Shown: positions 39,034 to 52,340, numbered from the whole stretch's first letter. The stretch is DNA of 62,247 bases, filler included, from Choristocarpus tenellus KU-1152 (GCA_964200185.2; 10 parts of 10 records of this genome joined end to end with filler, not necessarily neighbours in it); one strand, 5' to 3'. The notes: a model not told the origin generated them from the sequence alone. Translations and numbers: made by a program.

Positions 39034-40628
39034 CTGTGAAGGTACTGCTTCACGGCATTCGAAGAAGGAAGTCGTTAAATAGGAGAAGCGATTGAATATT
39101 CCCCATATGGAGATTCCTATTTTCCGAACATAACAGAGTAGTACCAATACCAGTACTCTCCCACCTCTATCCCGGAAACGTTCTCTTCTTACTTACAAGA
39201 CTTCAAAAGACTGGTGCGCTTAATTATCACTCACCCACTCCATCCATTATTGCCTTCAAAATTAGTTTAATTAGTTTGGGACAACATCATCTACACGGAA
39301 ACCGAACTTTTCTTGGCACAATAGTTTCTCTGATACACCCCACCACCCATGTTTCAACGTACGAGTTTTTATTTTTTCGCAAACAAGAGACTACAAATAC
39401 AAATATATGGTGTTTGAACTGACTCTCTCTGTCATACAAATGATCAAATCAAGGAGGAAGAGCAGAAGGAGAATTCTCAACTGAAAAATTAGACTCTCCA
39501 AATTCTTTTACTTGCTGACAAGAAATTGTGACGTTTTCAGAGATGGGAGATGGAAACAGATGCAAGGTGGATAAAGAGGGAATATGAAGGAATTGGTGTA
39601 CATATTTGAGTAAAACCACATTAATGAGTTGAAGGATGTTAAATTAAAAAAAGTTAAACCACCTGATGCCAATGTCCTCATGAATCCTATGAATATCCTC
39701 TCAAACCACCATTCTTCTGCATCCGGCATTGCAAGCTAGCAATGATTTTAAATCAACAAAAGTGAAAGGAATGTAAAAAGCGCAAAGAGATGGTATGTGA
39801 GACAAGGCAGGAGCAGTGCAGGAGCAGTGCAGCATTACAAGTTAGTTGACTGTACCTTACCAAAAAAATTCCAAAGTAGTCAAGAAAATATGCAGCCACG
39901 GAGCAATCCTCCTGTAACCTAAGCAACACAGNNNNNNNNNNNNNNNNNNNNNNNNNNNNNNNNNNNNNNNNNNNNTTAATTAATTAANNNNNNNNNNNNN
40001 NNNNNNNNNNNNNNNNNNNNNNNNNNNNNNNCACGGTATAACGGTATATGGCATACGAGCAATACGGTATAATAACAGACAAACATGCTTTCGACAATAG
40101 AGGATAGAGGAATAAGAAAATAGGAATGTGCAAAATAATAATAATAATCCAGAATTCGTGAGCAAAACAAGATGTCAGAGGGCATAATAATAAAATACAG
40201 ACTTAAGGGGTAGACGGAGTACGATTTTAAATATAATACTTAAATATACTTCAATATACAGTGATTTTGTTGTAGGTTATTTCTACCAACCTACATGATA
40301 TATAAGTTGATCCTTGTACAAGCATTTTGAAAGGTCGACCTCAGTTGAGAGACGATATGTCCTCCATAGTTGATCCCGTACTATATACTACAACAGTAAA
40401 AGATGTGAGCGAGAATTCGAAGCCTCCAGCTGAAGAGGTTCATGGGACTTCTCGTTCTGAGTTTGCTGTGAAGAACGAGGATGCGGCAGGTCAGCTAACA
40501 CTCACGCAGACAATTTCCAGGGTTAGCAACCCAAGTATGTTAACAAAGTTGAAATTATCCACTCACTAGACCGAACCAGTCAGCTCTGCACCCCCCTGTT
40601 TCACTGGCACCTCATTTATATACTCCCA

Positions 40629-42761
40629 ATGTCAGGAAGGGGAAAAAATTTCGAGTTTGAGCAAGTCAGGGAACATGGTCGGTGCTCAACTTCCGTTGGA
40701 GCATCATCGTCGTCGACATTTCCTTCTCCCTACTCTTCTCCCTCTCCCACTGAGGTCACGGCCATTTCCACAGAATTTCCTTTGCCCAAGACATCCATCC
40801 CGATCAGAGGCTCACCTCCTCGACAGGGAGTGGAGGTGGTCACGAACCCCAGAAAGTACATGCTCAGAATAACCGATGGAGCCAGGTCGTGGAGAGCTAG
40901 AGCGAGGGAGGGCTCACTGAGAGTTAGGACGAATGCGGATCCCGTGAATTTTTTGCTTCCTGGTGCAGCAGGGGCGCGTGCAGGTGCACCGGAAATGCGA
41001 GGACCATTGCTTCGAAGGCTTCAGGTCCCCATCGCAGGTGATGGCTGTCTCCAAACAAAACGTTGCAATAATTGAGAGTATCAGCTCTTTACTGGGAGAA
41101 TAGACTAGAATGGATAGATATGTTGTGCAATGTGTTGCCAACTGTGACTTCAAGTATGTGCTTACCAACAATCAAATCTTTAGAAGAGGCAATCTTACAT
41201 TACGTTAGTATCATAACCCTGCCTGCTCAAAGGCCGTTGGGTTTGTCTTGCTCTTCTACTTCCTCCGCTACACGCCTTTCCCCCCCTTCATGACTTGATG
41301 CCAATCCCAACTGTTGCCCGCTGGAAGGTATGCTGGAGACGGTGGTAGAAGTTTCTATCACTCACCCCGGCCCCCTCTACGTCCGACTCAAACCGGACCC
41401 GCGAGGTTTGGTGGTTTTGAGCAAGTTTGACAGGGTGCCAGATCACCCTGTCACTGGGTGCCCCAGCCTGGGACCGGTTGAAGCTGTAGGAACTGTTGGT
41501 CCTGGAGATGTGCTGGTGAGTTTCGAAAACTTGGTCCAAGGAGGTCATAGTTGGCAGATCCGACAACATTCAACGTTGGAGTATGGTTGGTCTTCTTGAT
41601 ATCCTTACTCAGCAGACATTTTTCATAGTTGTGAAGCATCCTTTATGTTGAAACTTGATGGAAAAAATGATTTGATTTTCGATTATGAGATAGTGAGCTA
41701 CCTATTTGTGTAGTGTACTGGCTGACTGTTAGGACTACCTGCTACTACTCTTGTAGTTGACTGTGCCATGTATACTCTCTGGCATTGAAGATAATGAAGA
41801 ACTGCAAATCCCCCCCCAGGACAGAGCATGGGAGAGAGGGGTGGGCAATGGAAGGAGGGGAGAATAGGTGTATGCCTTTATGTGGAGGTGGTGCTAAGCT
41901 GTTTGCATAAATATTGGTGTTCATGCCAAAATTGAACACAAACAAACTTACTGTTTTTATCTTGTAATTTGTTGGTTTGATTGGTAGTATCACCTCTCCA
42001 TTGTTATGGCCTCCAAGTTAAACAAAATGAAAGGGCGCTATAAGAACATATTGCTTTCCTTGCTTCCCCATTGCCACCCGCCTGGTAGCTGTGCCGTCTG
42101 CTCCCTACTTGACCACACTTCCTCTTGCATGTCCCTCAGGTGTCTGTAAATAGAGAAGTACTTCTGGGGCGACCGTTTGCTGAGTGTGTGGAATGCATTC
42201 GGCAAGCCTCATCTGGTGAGGTCCATGAACTAACCCTGTTTACCCTCATGACTGAGGAGTATGAGGGTGGCATTGGGAATTGAGAGAAAATTTGCTTCTC
42301 TGTATATGCAACATATAGCATAGGGAGTTATTACCAATGTGGTGTGTAATTTGTGATTTGAGGCAATATATTTCCTGTCTGCCATTCCCGTAACTGCTAT
42401 GGGGTACAGAGTTGTTCAATATAATAGAGACCAACTCTAGACTACACCCATAAAACTATGCTGATACAAGTTCATCAATGTTATGACTTTTTGGGGGTAG
42501 AGAGAATTGAGGGCCAGTTGCTTGGTGGTAATCCTATCTCACCATTCCTCACCTGTGCTCATCCCCGTCTGTCCGCCTGGTCCAGCCGCCCACCCCATCC
42601 ACCCACCTGCTTGCCTGCCTGCCTGCCTTTCCACATGTCACTGCATTTTTTATTCATCAGATTCTGAAGTATATCAGACACGCCTACTGTGTTTCCGCAA
42701 GGCAGATCCTGCGCAGAACACTGCCATGGGTGGCTCAGCCCCTCGTAGGAATCTAGAGAAG
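40629..42761 (+). CDS. PDZ-domain protein, 5' part; exons 40629-41037, 41328-41515, 42140-42215, 42661-42761 (continues)
   Basis: Phases 1,0,1 join in frame; GPLYVRL..GPVEAVGTVGPGDVL|VSVNREVLLGRPFAECVECIRQAS..RLLCFR matches a PDZ fold. Confidence 0.8.
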
Positions 42762-43099
42762 GTGTGCCTCCCCTACCCATTCTCCTCTTGAAGATCAATG
42801 TGGAAAGTTGCTGCACAGGCAGTATGATGATGTGTTCTGCAGCTGAATACCACTTCCTCCCGATAACCTCACAACACCTCAGGTAGCTTGTTTTCTAGCA
42901 GTCCTTTCTCACCCTCTTGTCCCCCCTCCTCCCCCTCCCCCCCCCCCTCTTTTCCTTTTCTTTGTTTTCCCTCCATTTTTCATTAGTTCTTTTCATTATN
43001 NNNNNNNNNNNNNNNNNNNNNNNNNNNNNNNNNNNNNNNNNNNTTAATTAATTAANNNNNNNNNNNNNNNNNNNNNNNNNNNNNNNNNNNNNNNNNNNN

Positions 43100-43138
43100 T
43101 CACAAACCACCCCCCCCCCCCCAGATACCTCTTGACCC
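43100..43138 (+). mobile_element. MITE family B, long-spacer end at contig start
   Basis: TCACAAACCAC-polyC-AGATACCTCTTGACCC. Confidence 0.8.
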
Positions 43139-43275
43139 GTAAGGAGTTCGCATTGGTTGGTATTCTCAGGGGGGGAAGTGACTGGAAATCAGTGGTGAAG
43201 GGGTTTCCACTGGTTGGTCACAAGTGGTGGTACAGTGGGGAGGAGGAGAATGGGTGGAATGCAAACATAGAACAC

Positions 43276-44591
43276 GAATAATAATAATCCAGAATTCGTG
43301 AGCAAAACATAGTGGTAACCGAGAAGGAGTACAAGAGTTACAAGTCTCATAGGCGCCCAGCACATTCAGAATTCCTGGTGGCAGATGGAGACAAGAGTTA
43401 CATTTACATTTAGCATTCATTCCTTGGGCGTTCGTTTGGATGGCGGTTTTCCCCGTCTAACCAAGTATACTTTAACCCAAGTAATAGTACATTTGTTGCC
43501 ACTCTTGGTAACCAACAATCCAGTGTTCGAACCCTAATATGAGTGCCCTTTCTTTTAAAACACAAAAAACCCCGAAAAATATCGAAGCCCCTTCTCTGGA
43601 GGGCCTTATGACGGGCATCACAAATATGCTTTTTTCAAAATCTATGCCTACATCAAAGGGAAAGTGTATGAAGTAATCTGAGTTTTGTGGGAGGAAGAAT
43701 TCTGGTTGGAGGGGGGCACAGGGAAAGGGAGAGGACAAGGAGAAAAATAAGAAATAGCAAGAGGGTGAACGAAGAGTTCAGTACTGAGTGGCTAGGAGAG
43801 GGAGGAGACAAGTTAAAGGAAGGAGTGGTAGATGGAGGCACAAGGGAAGAAGAAATGGCCAGAATTAAAAAGAAAACCTAGGACTCGTGATACAGGACGA
43901 GGAGGGCTAGAACTAAAGGGGTACCAGTAGGCGTAAAGTGGGAAGGTAGAGTTGACGGGAGGCTAGAGTATGTCTCATCCAATTCACCAACCTCTCTCCT
44001 ACCCCTCTTCTGCGAATCACTTACTCCTGTAGTATTTCCTTCGTCTTCCTTGAGTAGGACTGCCGATTGGGGTTCTGTGTGACAATGAGAAGATTCTGGG
44101 GCATTCACCATTAGGTCCCCACCATCCTGGGCTATTCTTCAAACTAAATTGGAGCATAAAATCGATCACTATCAAATTTTCAACGCGGTACCCAAACCTC
44201 GCTCCCCCCCTTGGTTCTATTGGGACTTGGGCGAAAGGCATCCTTGACATCCCTCTTACTTATCATAATTCTCACCCTCGGAAACTTCTTCCTTAACCGT
44301 AAAATCATCTTAATCGCGTCCCCCAGTACAGTCCCACATTGCACGGGGGGGGGTATCTTTCAGATCTGTTTGTTCATTCACACTCGGACCCCAACTCTCT
44401 TGCCGACATGACAAATCATGAATGATCCTAACTATTGTTGGTTCTTGTATTACTTCAACTGGGGACAACTACAAAGCCGGAATCTTTGCCCATGCCCTTT
44501 TTGTAAATACTAGACTCTTCCCTGAATCACATCCCCAACTATCTTTCTAACAGTGTTTTACTATGAATACTTGCGCTCCTATGGTTGCCAT
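43276..44591 (-). mobile_element. Internally deleted DIRS/Ngaro-like retrotransposon (RT N-terminal part plus 3' region)
   Basis: LSPVEVIQEPTIVRIIHDLS..GPSVNEQTD, IMISKRDVKDAFR.VP, FGYRVENLIVIDFMLQFSLKNSPGWWG are DIRS-type RT motifs; ends in GAATTCTGG(ATT)n, also seen at 40134-40169. Confidence 0.75.
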
Positions 44592-44847
44592 GAGTCAAAG
44601 TATCTTAGAGGGTAGAGCCGCATCCATTTGGACAAAATCCAATGTTGCAATTTTGCTGTAATATTGGCTATCATGTTTATTAGGAGATGTCAATATTCTT
44701 GTTCCGGACACACCTTTTCATAACGTACACATACTACATACTCCGAAACATTTTGGAGTAGGTAAAATTTAATTGAATACCCGTGGGAAGCCAAGCCCCA
44801 AATGGACAAACAGGGAAAACCTCGTACCCTATAAGATACTTTCACTC
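44592..44847 (+). mobile_element. MITE family A, full length, flanks not duplicated
   Basis: Both TIRs intact; flanks CCAT versus TTTC. Confidence 0.95.
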
Positions 44848-46700
44848 TTTCTTTCCAGGATTCTTGTTATGATACTACAATAACCTGGATATTGTTCTGT
44901 CAATTACTCAACAGAAAGATTACAATCAACTATCCAGTTATCCAACAGTCCTCTAACGATACTCAAATTATCTAACTAATTGTTTCCTTATTTAGTAGTT
45001 TCCCACATGATTTGAAATCATAATCTTAACATACTCCCCTGCTTCGAACTTCTTGTGGAACTTCCAACAATCACCTCAAATATTACGCATCAAACATCAT
45101 ATCACATATTACCCATAATAATATCTGCATACCTGTCGAACAATTCCTTAGACAAACCCTTGGTAAAAAATCTGAATGTTGGAATTTCGTAGGTACATAT
45201 CTAGTCTTAACTTTCCTTTCCCTCTCTAGGTGTCCTACATTGTGGTACCTAATGTTTATGTGCTTAGTTCTACCATCAGATACTGTCTTCTGTGAAATCT
45301 TTATTGCACTATCATTGTCCTCAAACATTTACACCGAGTAATCTTTACCTTGTCGTTGCATGAACATGTGCACTTGCTCGAGGAACATAACCCACCCACA
45401 AGCAGACCAGCCAGTCTCCTCTCATACCGTTTTGTACGCTCCAATGGTTTACCAGGTTCACGTAAGGGGTCGTGGTTATGGTCCGCCAGTCGTAGTAACA
45501 ACCTTCCACCACTCCCCTGCTGTGACGTAGGTGGATCCATACTACCAGCACCAGTGTTTAGCATCCCATCAGTACTTCCATTCTCCATAGTACTCTCCAC
45601 ATCTATTCCACTTTTGCCACTTCCAAATTCCAAATCCAAACCCATTTTTTCCCTAGACACCCAGTCTGAAAAAATTTCTCTGGAAACTCTTCATCCGATC
45701 CCAAACAAATTTCCTCCAACACCAAATCCTAAGTCCTTACCCCAAAGTCCACTTGCTTCTCCTCCAGGATTCCATCCCCAGTCTTGTTAATCCCAGCGAC
45801 AGAATAAGGTTCCCAAACATAGTCACGCCTGTTGACAATTTGTCTTGAATTTATAAGAAGAAACCGCAAAGAATCAGAAGGGTGGTTGGATGAATATCCC
45901 ATCATCGGACAAGGTTCGACTCTTGGGGTCAACTTATGCATCCGTTGGTCCACTTTTGTGAACCCCTTAGAACCTCAAAGAAGCAAAAAATTGAGGGTGG
46001 GTTGGAACGCCTTAAACAATTTCGTAAGGTGATTTCAGTGTGAGTTAGCAGACATGGGGCAAAGGTTTGTTAGTGTGGCAGCCATGTTGTGCGCCTCCAC
46101 CCACAAACCCAACCAATCCCCCAATCCAGCCGCGTGCATCATGACCAGCCCTTTCTCCGCTATCAGTGCAATCGCGCGTTCCACTTTCCCATTTAATTGG
46201 GGGGTACCCAGAACAGTGCACTCATGTCGAATCTTGTGTTGATCCAACACCCCCTCGAAGTCCCCATTATTGAACTCCGTGCCCTAATCAGTCCTCACAC
46301 ACCCAATGCGCAATTTTTCCACATCTGCCACATCTCGAATAAAAGCCGGAAAATCATTGCAGTTTCATTCTTGGCTCGCAGGAATCGAATCCATTTCATT
46401 CCTGTCTTGTTACATACCATCATCATCTGGTAAAGGTATCCACCCGGACTACTTGCCCTTGGCTTTAATCCGCTCAAATCTATGAACACCCGTCTCAACA
46501 GTCGGTCATACTTACTCTCTGTTACCTTAGGTACAGGTTTCGGATGAGTCTTTGCCAATGGCGCACCCCTTGCAATATTGTTGCTATTCCCCATTGAAGT
46601 AAATTCCACGATCCTTGGCATACCTACCTACCATCACCTCATGGCAGTGACCAAGTTACATATGCATCTGGTTGATATTCACTTTAGTAGTAGGTCACAT
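44848..46700 (-). mobile_element. Ty1/copia remnant: integrase, RNase H C-terminus, PPT and partial 3' LTR; RT deleted
   Basis: RVFIDLSG..GGYLY..WIRFLRAKNE, TPQLNGKVER..LWVEA, KLTPRVEPCPMMGYS, EDNDSAI..RTKHINIRYH; PPT AGGGGAGTA followed by TG at 45031. Confidence 0.92.
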
Positions 46701-47534
46701 CTCACCACTCGGGCCATATGGGGCCGTGATAAAAGTTAAGCCTCACCTTGGGTGAGCTCATCTGGTCCATCATTGCCTGATGTTGAAGCAAGCTGTATAT
46801 CACCAGTGTCCATACTTGAGGTGAGCTCCTCCCCCTCAACAGTCCCCCCTGGGACGATGGTATATGCATTAACTTCTGCCCAGATCCTCAACACCCATCT
46901 CTGATGTTGTATTAGTGCAATTTACGTTGGGAGGTAATGCTATTTATCAGTAATGGCTATCGTTATCTGAACTTCAATTGACACATCCTCCTGCGAGGAA
47001 CCAAGTCCACTATGAGGCACAGTGAGGGAGGGGCTAGGACTAGCATACCCCTGGCCTGAGCTTTGTGGAACAAACATATGTCACGATCATGTTTGTGCCT
47101 GGAGTCAATCCCTGGAAAGAGTCTCCAATCCTTCCGGCTCAACTCTTGTCATGGTGCATTGCAGTGGGGACAATGGCCCCTGCCAGAGGAACACACATGT
47201 GATTGACTCTTCAACAACCTTCGGTGTGTCTGTCACCACCTAGCTCTGAGAGAATGTTGCTGTGGGATTCACCTGCCACATCGCAATGACCTGATATTCT
47301 CTCCTCCTGGTTACATCCATTGACATCGCTACACTGCTATGCTGCTTCCCACCGTCCCCCATATGAATCTTATGTTCGTGTTATCTGTGTGCTTTTTTCA
47401 ATCAGCATACAAAGATGATGTGCCACCCAACAGGAATGTCGGACGAGAGCTCCTAAATGCACGGAAGAGAGGCATCGCAGATGTATGATCTCTTTGTTGT
47501 CACTATTGGGACACCACGCTGCCCACATCCGGAA

Positions 47535-47796
47535 GAGTCAAAGTATCTTAGAGGGTAGGGCCGCGTCCATTTGGGGGTAAAAATCCAATGTTGCGATTTT
47601 GATGTAATTTTGGCTGTTGTGTTTGTTAGGAAGTATCAATATCCTTGTTTCAGACACAAATTTTCTTAAAACGTGTACATTTTACCTACTTCGAAACGTT
47701 TTGGAGTAGGAAAATGTCATAAAAAAACCCCATGGGAAGCCAAGCCCCAGATGGACAAACAGGGCAAAATTCATACCCTCTAAGATACTTTCACTC
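47535..47796 (+). mobile_element. MITE family A, full length (262 bp), TSD GGAA
   Basis: TIRs 47535-47548 and 47783-47796; spacers 16 and 26 bp; GGAA at 47531-47534 and 47797-47800. Confidence 0.96.
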
Positions 47797-48754
47797 GGAA
47801 TTGGAGTGAAGGGGGCTTGTTAAAGCACTGGCACGCGGCAGACGACAGCAGAGCGAGCCTGCTCAGAGCGGGTACTGGTCCTCCCATGGACCATACACCC
47901 TACTTTCTGTTCCAGTGCCGACAGTAAAGAGTGCCATTTTTTGACTAGTTCAGAGTAGAGAGAGTGCCTGGCTCGGGTGAGAGCCCATGTGCCATTCTAG
48001 GCCGCCAATGCTGCAATCTTCAAATGCCCTGGATGGTACCTAGTTTGGCTGGGCTCTCTCACCTGGTCTACCCTAAGTGCCATACAAGGCATCTTAGGAT
48101 CACCACACGGGCGGCCTAGAAATGTACATGGGATGTGCCAAGCTTGGTGCTCGATGCTCCCCTGGAGATGTACAAATCGAAATACAATGAAGGACGGGGT
48201 CCTTTTCCACTAGTCCCTCACTTTTCTGGATCATAGTATCAGGGAAAAAGAACAACATCAAAGCCAATTTGGTCCAGAAGTACGTTGGTGATATGCAGAA
48301 AATGTAGGTTTTTATCTCATAACAGCTCTTCATCCATCCCTCCGTCGCCATTGAATAGGTCCAGAATGATGCAATCTAGTAATGTTCCCCCCGTCACAGC
48401 CAATAAATGAGCAGTACACGGTATCAAGGTGTCCTGCCTCCAGTTCCTTGGTAAGGTGAAACTCTGTCTAGTAACCAAAAATGAATTTTGACCATTTGGC
48501 TTTGCGTGCACCCCACCAACCTTTCCATCAATAAGAAAATGGTGCATGCAGAGGGCGCCCTTGCCAAACAACGGGCATCATCTGGTATACAAGATGTTAA
48601 CACATGAAACAAAACAGTCATTACTCTATTCATAGCATACCTAATTATTTCTGTGGATTGATCATGACATGTTTCAGGTTGAACGAAAACAATTTCCAAA
48701 GTTAAGGAAAAATATTGCCTTCAGTGAAAGAATAACTTGAATGTAGTATAATAT

Positions 48755-49246
48755 ATTATATTATTATGCCCTCTGACATTTTGGAGATGTGTCAGGAGGT
48801 AAACAAATGAAAACTACACATATGTCAGTCAGTATATGCCCTAAGGAAATAAAATATGATTTATGTGAAAACACTATAAAACTGCGTGTGAAAACCACTT
48901 ATCAGTTACTTCACCACTATCAATATTGTACCACTGTCTTCCTGTGCTTCCCATCTACCTACTCCTGCGCTCCGGGGGGGGGAGCTAGGGAGGCATCCTA
49001 AGAATCCAACAAACCCCTCCGTGCCTATCTCCCTGGTGACTCTAGTTTAAAGCGCATGATACGTCGAGACAATGCCACTTGCGTAGTCACCGAAACAATT
49101 CGGCGTAGCCGGGATTTAACTACTCCTTTCCTGCAATATCCTTCCGCTCCTCTTCCCTCTCCCATGTGAGTAGTCAGCTCATCCAGGAAGCATTCAACTT
49201 GCTTGCCGAGGCGCCCAAAACTTTCCACCACAAAGGTGTTGAGGTT
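48755..49246 (-). mobile_element. CRE-like (restriction-like endonuclease) non-LTR retrotransposon 3' end with UTR hairpin and (TAA)n tail
   Basis: LNTFVVESFGRLGKQVECFLDEL..RLRRIVSVTTQVALSRR resembles the RLE C-terminal pattern (F.P..xExxG.xG..A..FL..L); 3' CTGACA..TGTCAG hairpin then GGCATAATAA. Confidence 0.75.
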
Positions 49247-49559
49247 NNNNNNNNNNNNNNNNNNNNNNNNNNNNNNNNNNNNNNNNNNNNTTAATTAATT
49301 AANNNNNNNNNNNNNNNNNNNNNNNNNNNNNNNNNNNNNNNNNNNNGGGGGGGGTAGCTTGGCACGCAGGTCAGGTAGGAAAGAGCACTTCAACTTGTCA
49401 ACATCATTTCAGTTGTTTTTTTTGGTGAGTAAACAGCTATTCTATTACAAACAACTTGTCTGACGAAGGCACCTCCTTTGCCTCTACTGCCTCAGTGATT
49501 CCTCTACAGTGAGTCTCCATTGCATCGCACGCGATGACTATTCCAGGGGAGGGGGCTAC

Positions 49560-50110
49560 AACCCTGGGGAGGTTGAGTATGCCAGTAGAGAAGGGGGCAC
49601 ATGCCAAGATAGATATGTACGTCACCTATACTGTACTGCTGCAAATAAAAAACGGATTGGAAAGAGCACTTATGGTGGTGGAAGGAACTGCACACACAAG
49701 AATTTTGTGCACGAGCTCAACCGTCCAAATGCCCATTCATGGACTCAGGACGACACATAGGAGAGACAGGTGACTTGTGACAGACAGGCAGAGAAGGTCA
49801 AAGAAACCTTCTATGAGAAAGTGGGGCACGGCTACATGAGGTATGGTTTGTCACAGAAAATCTATATTGCAAACAATAATGATGGGATGGAGCGCTACTG
49901 CAACGGCCAGAAATGCCCACAATGAATGCCCGTTGATATACCAACCAAAAATCCACCTGAAAGATGGCCAGGGGCACAGTGAGGCACATGAGGGCACCCG
50001 CCATGGTCCGAGCCAACTCGTACTGGTCCTCCACGTGTGCCAGGACGTAGTTCACATGCATCGCCGCCAGGCAAAAAAGGTACAGGTACACAGACATCAA
50101 CAAAAACCTT
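49560..50110 (-). CDS. Possible TMEM184/OST-alpha-like membrane protein fragment
   Basis: ARTMAGALMCLTVPLAIFQ followed by a GT donor, and a downstream YISILACAPF piece; a complete in-frame model could not be built. Confidence 0.35.
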
Positions 50111-52340
50111 GACGAGAGGCGTACGGTGCAGCAAAGGAAGAGGGCATGAAAATATGAGACTGGGGATGGGATCACAGAAATGTGCATACTTTGAAAAATG
50201 GGGAGTTCTTTGATGAGTCGTGGGTGATACTTCACTTCTGTGACGGATGGATGTTCTGGGGATGACCACGACAAAGGAATTCGGACCTGTGTCGAGGGAT
50301 TCCTCACCTAGCTAGTAGCTTGGCAACCCGAGTCAACTTCTCCACCACACTCTGGCTACCAGGACCACTTCTCTTCAACACCTGATAGGTTGGCTTATCC
50401 ACGACGTGGATATTGCCTTGGGCCTGTGCGCCCGCCACAGAGAAGAGGGGAGAGGAGAAATTGAGCATCCTAACCTAGCCGCGACGAAGATCCTCGGATC
50501 TCAACCAACCACTACCACACGCTTTTTGGGACATTTAGGTGGTGAGTTTACGCACTAGGTTCGTGTCACTAATGTGCAACAACGTCGTCACACTTGAACC
50601 TTCATTGATTTGTACACGAACCACTGGACATACGAGCTGCAGCACAGTACCGAGGAGGTTTATGGCATATCCTTGACATTCGCAACACGTAGTTAGAAAT
50701 ATCTGCACGATCGGTCGATTCCCTGTCATCCTCATTGGGCGACGTCTAGGAGGTTGAATATTTCTCTATCTACTGTCAACATGGAACGACAAGGAAAAGT
50801 TGACAAGAAAAATAATTTTAGACAAGTTTGTTTTACCTGCCATGACTCTCCACCACTTGTTGGAGGTAAGAAGAGGTCTATTAAAACTGTCAAGAAAGCG
50901 GAGTGTGCTGGAGCCATTCGGCTAAGATGGTCAACCTCAACTCGACTCATAGTCTCAGAGGGTGTATTGAGTGAACTATCCCAACCCAATCAGGATTATT
51001 GACTGTGTATTCATATGCCTCCTTAATAATTTTCCCCCGAATGGGCCATAAGAGCATTTCAACATTGTTGTGGTGTGCACTAACGCCTACCCCCCCACAG
51101 TCCCATCCATCACACACAACACACCTACCATGTCTTCCGCTGGCCCAGCGGCAGAAAGCGATCACTATTATTGTTATTGGGACTTCAATCGGTTCAGTCG
51201 GGAACCCCAATTGTACGTAGTATAGTGACCGCATCAACGGCCCCCTCAGGATAGACCCCCTCGTCCAGATCGGGATCTGTCTGTACGCAAGAAGAGGGGA
51301 ACGTTATGAAATTTACGAGACTCCTTGATGACTTTTTTAATCAGACTGTCCACCACATAAATTTCATAGGTTCGAACCCTGTCGAGGTGAACCTTCTTTT
51401 CCTCGAAATTTGCTTTTGGTCTCCAAGTTCTTTGTGGTAAACAATGCACATTATACGATACCACCAAAAATTCCAGATCAACAAGGACGAAGCAACAGGT
51501 GATTGGTGAAGAGTGTCAATTAATAAGCCCAATTGGGTGTAGCACGAAACTCATGGTAGGAAGCAGAACTTTGAGAGGAGTGAGTGATGACTGAACTAAC
51601 TCCATGTTTGGGAAATCCATAGTTACTACTTGAAGATATAGGTGTAATCGAACCATAATGAACATACCTACTATTATATAGTTTAGGGAGTATATATGTT
51701 GGAGGACAAACAATATTATCGCATCATATTCATTATTATTTGGTTTGGAAATATATTGTAGTATATGGTGTTGTTGAAGTTCTTGTGTGTACTATGATGG
51801 TATTTATTGATGGATGTTCAAAAAGAAAAATATAGGGAATATATATGTGTGTGTGTTGGTGATAGGGTAGGAAGTCAGGGATGGTGTAGTTCTCATAATA
51901 ACATAAAAATACTTGGTTTGAAATATGAATCGTGTGATTCTGTGAAGGTGTAGTTGACTCAGGCAAGGGTGGGGAAGAGAATCACCAGGCAAGACGGACC
52001 GGATGGACCAAGACGAACCGTAACCAAGAGGGCGAGGTTAAGGTTGAACAAGTGCAAGACTGCAAGGACTTGCGGGAAATTATGGACTGATGAGAATCTT
52101 ATAATTGGGGGATCATCACAAAAATCAAAACTTGACAACAAAGAGAATCTTTGATGTGTAACAACTCTAATTACAGGGATGTGTGACTTCCAGGATTGTT
52201 TTTTTCCACGAAATTCCCCAGTATTTGGAAGATTCTCCACTCGAATCGGAAATCCCTGACAACAAAACCTCTATCGTCGGTATAACGGTGTCTGACATAC
52301 GCCAATAACGGTACAGGAACAACTTTCCACACAAAGTATT

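Noticed and set aside
47535-47796. True RAG/Transib recombination signals
   Set aside because: Ends are GAG/GGG, not CAC; TSD is 4 bp, not 5; no nonamer match. Only the geometry is analogous
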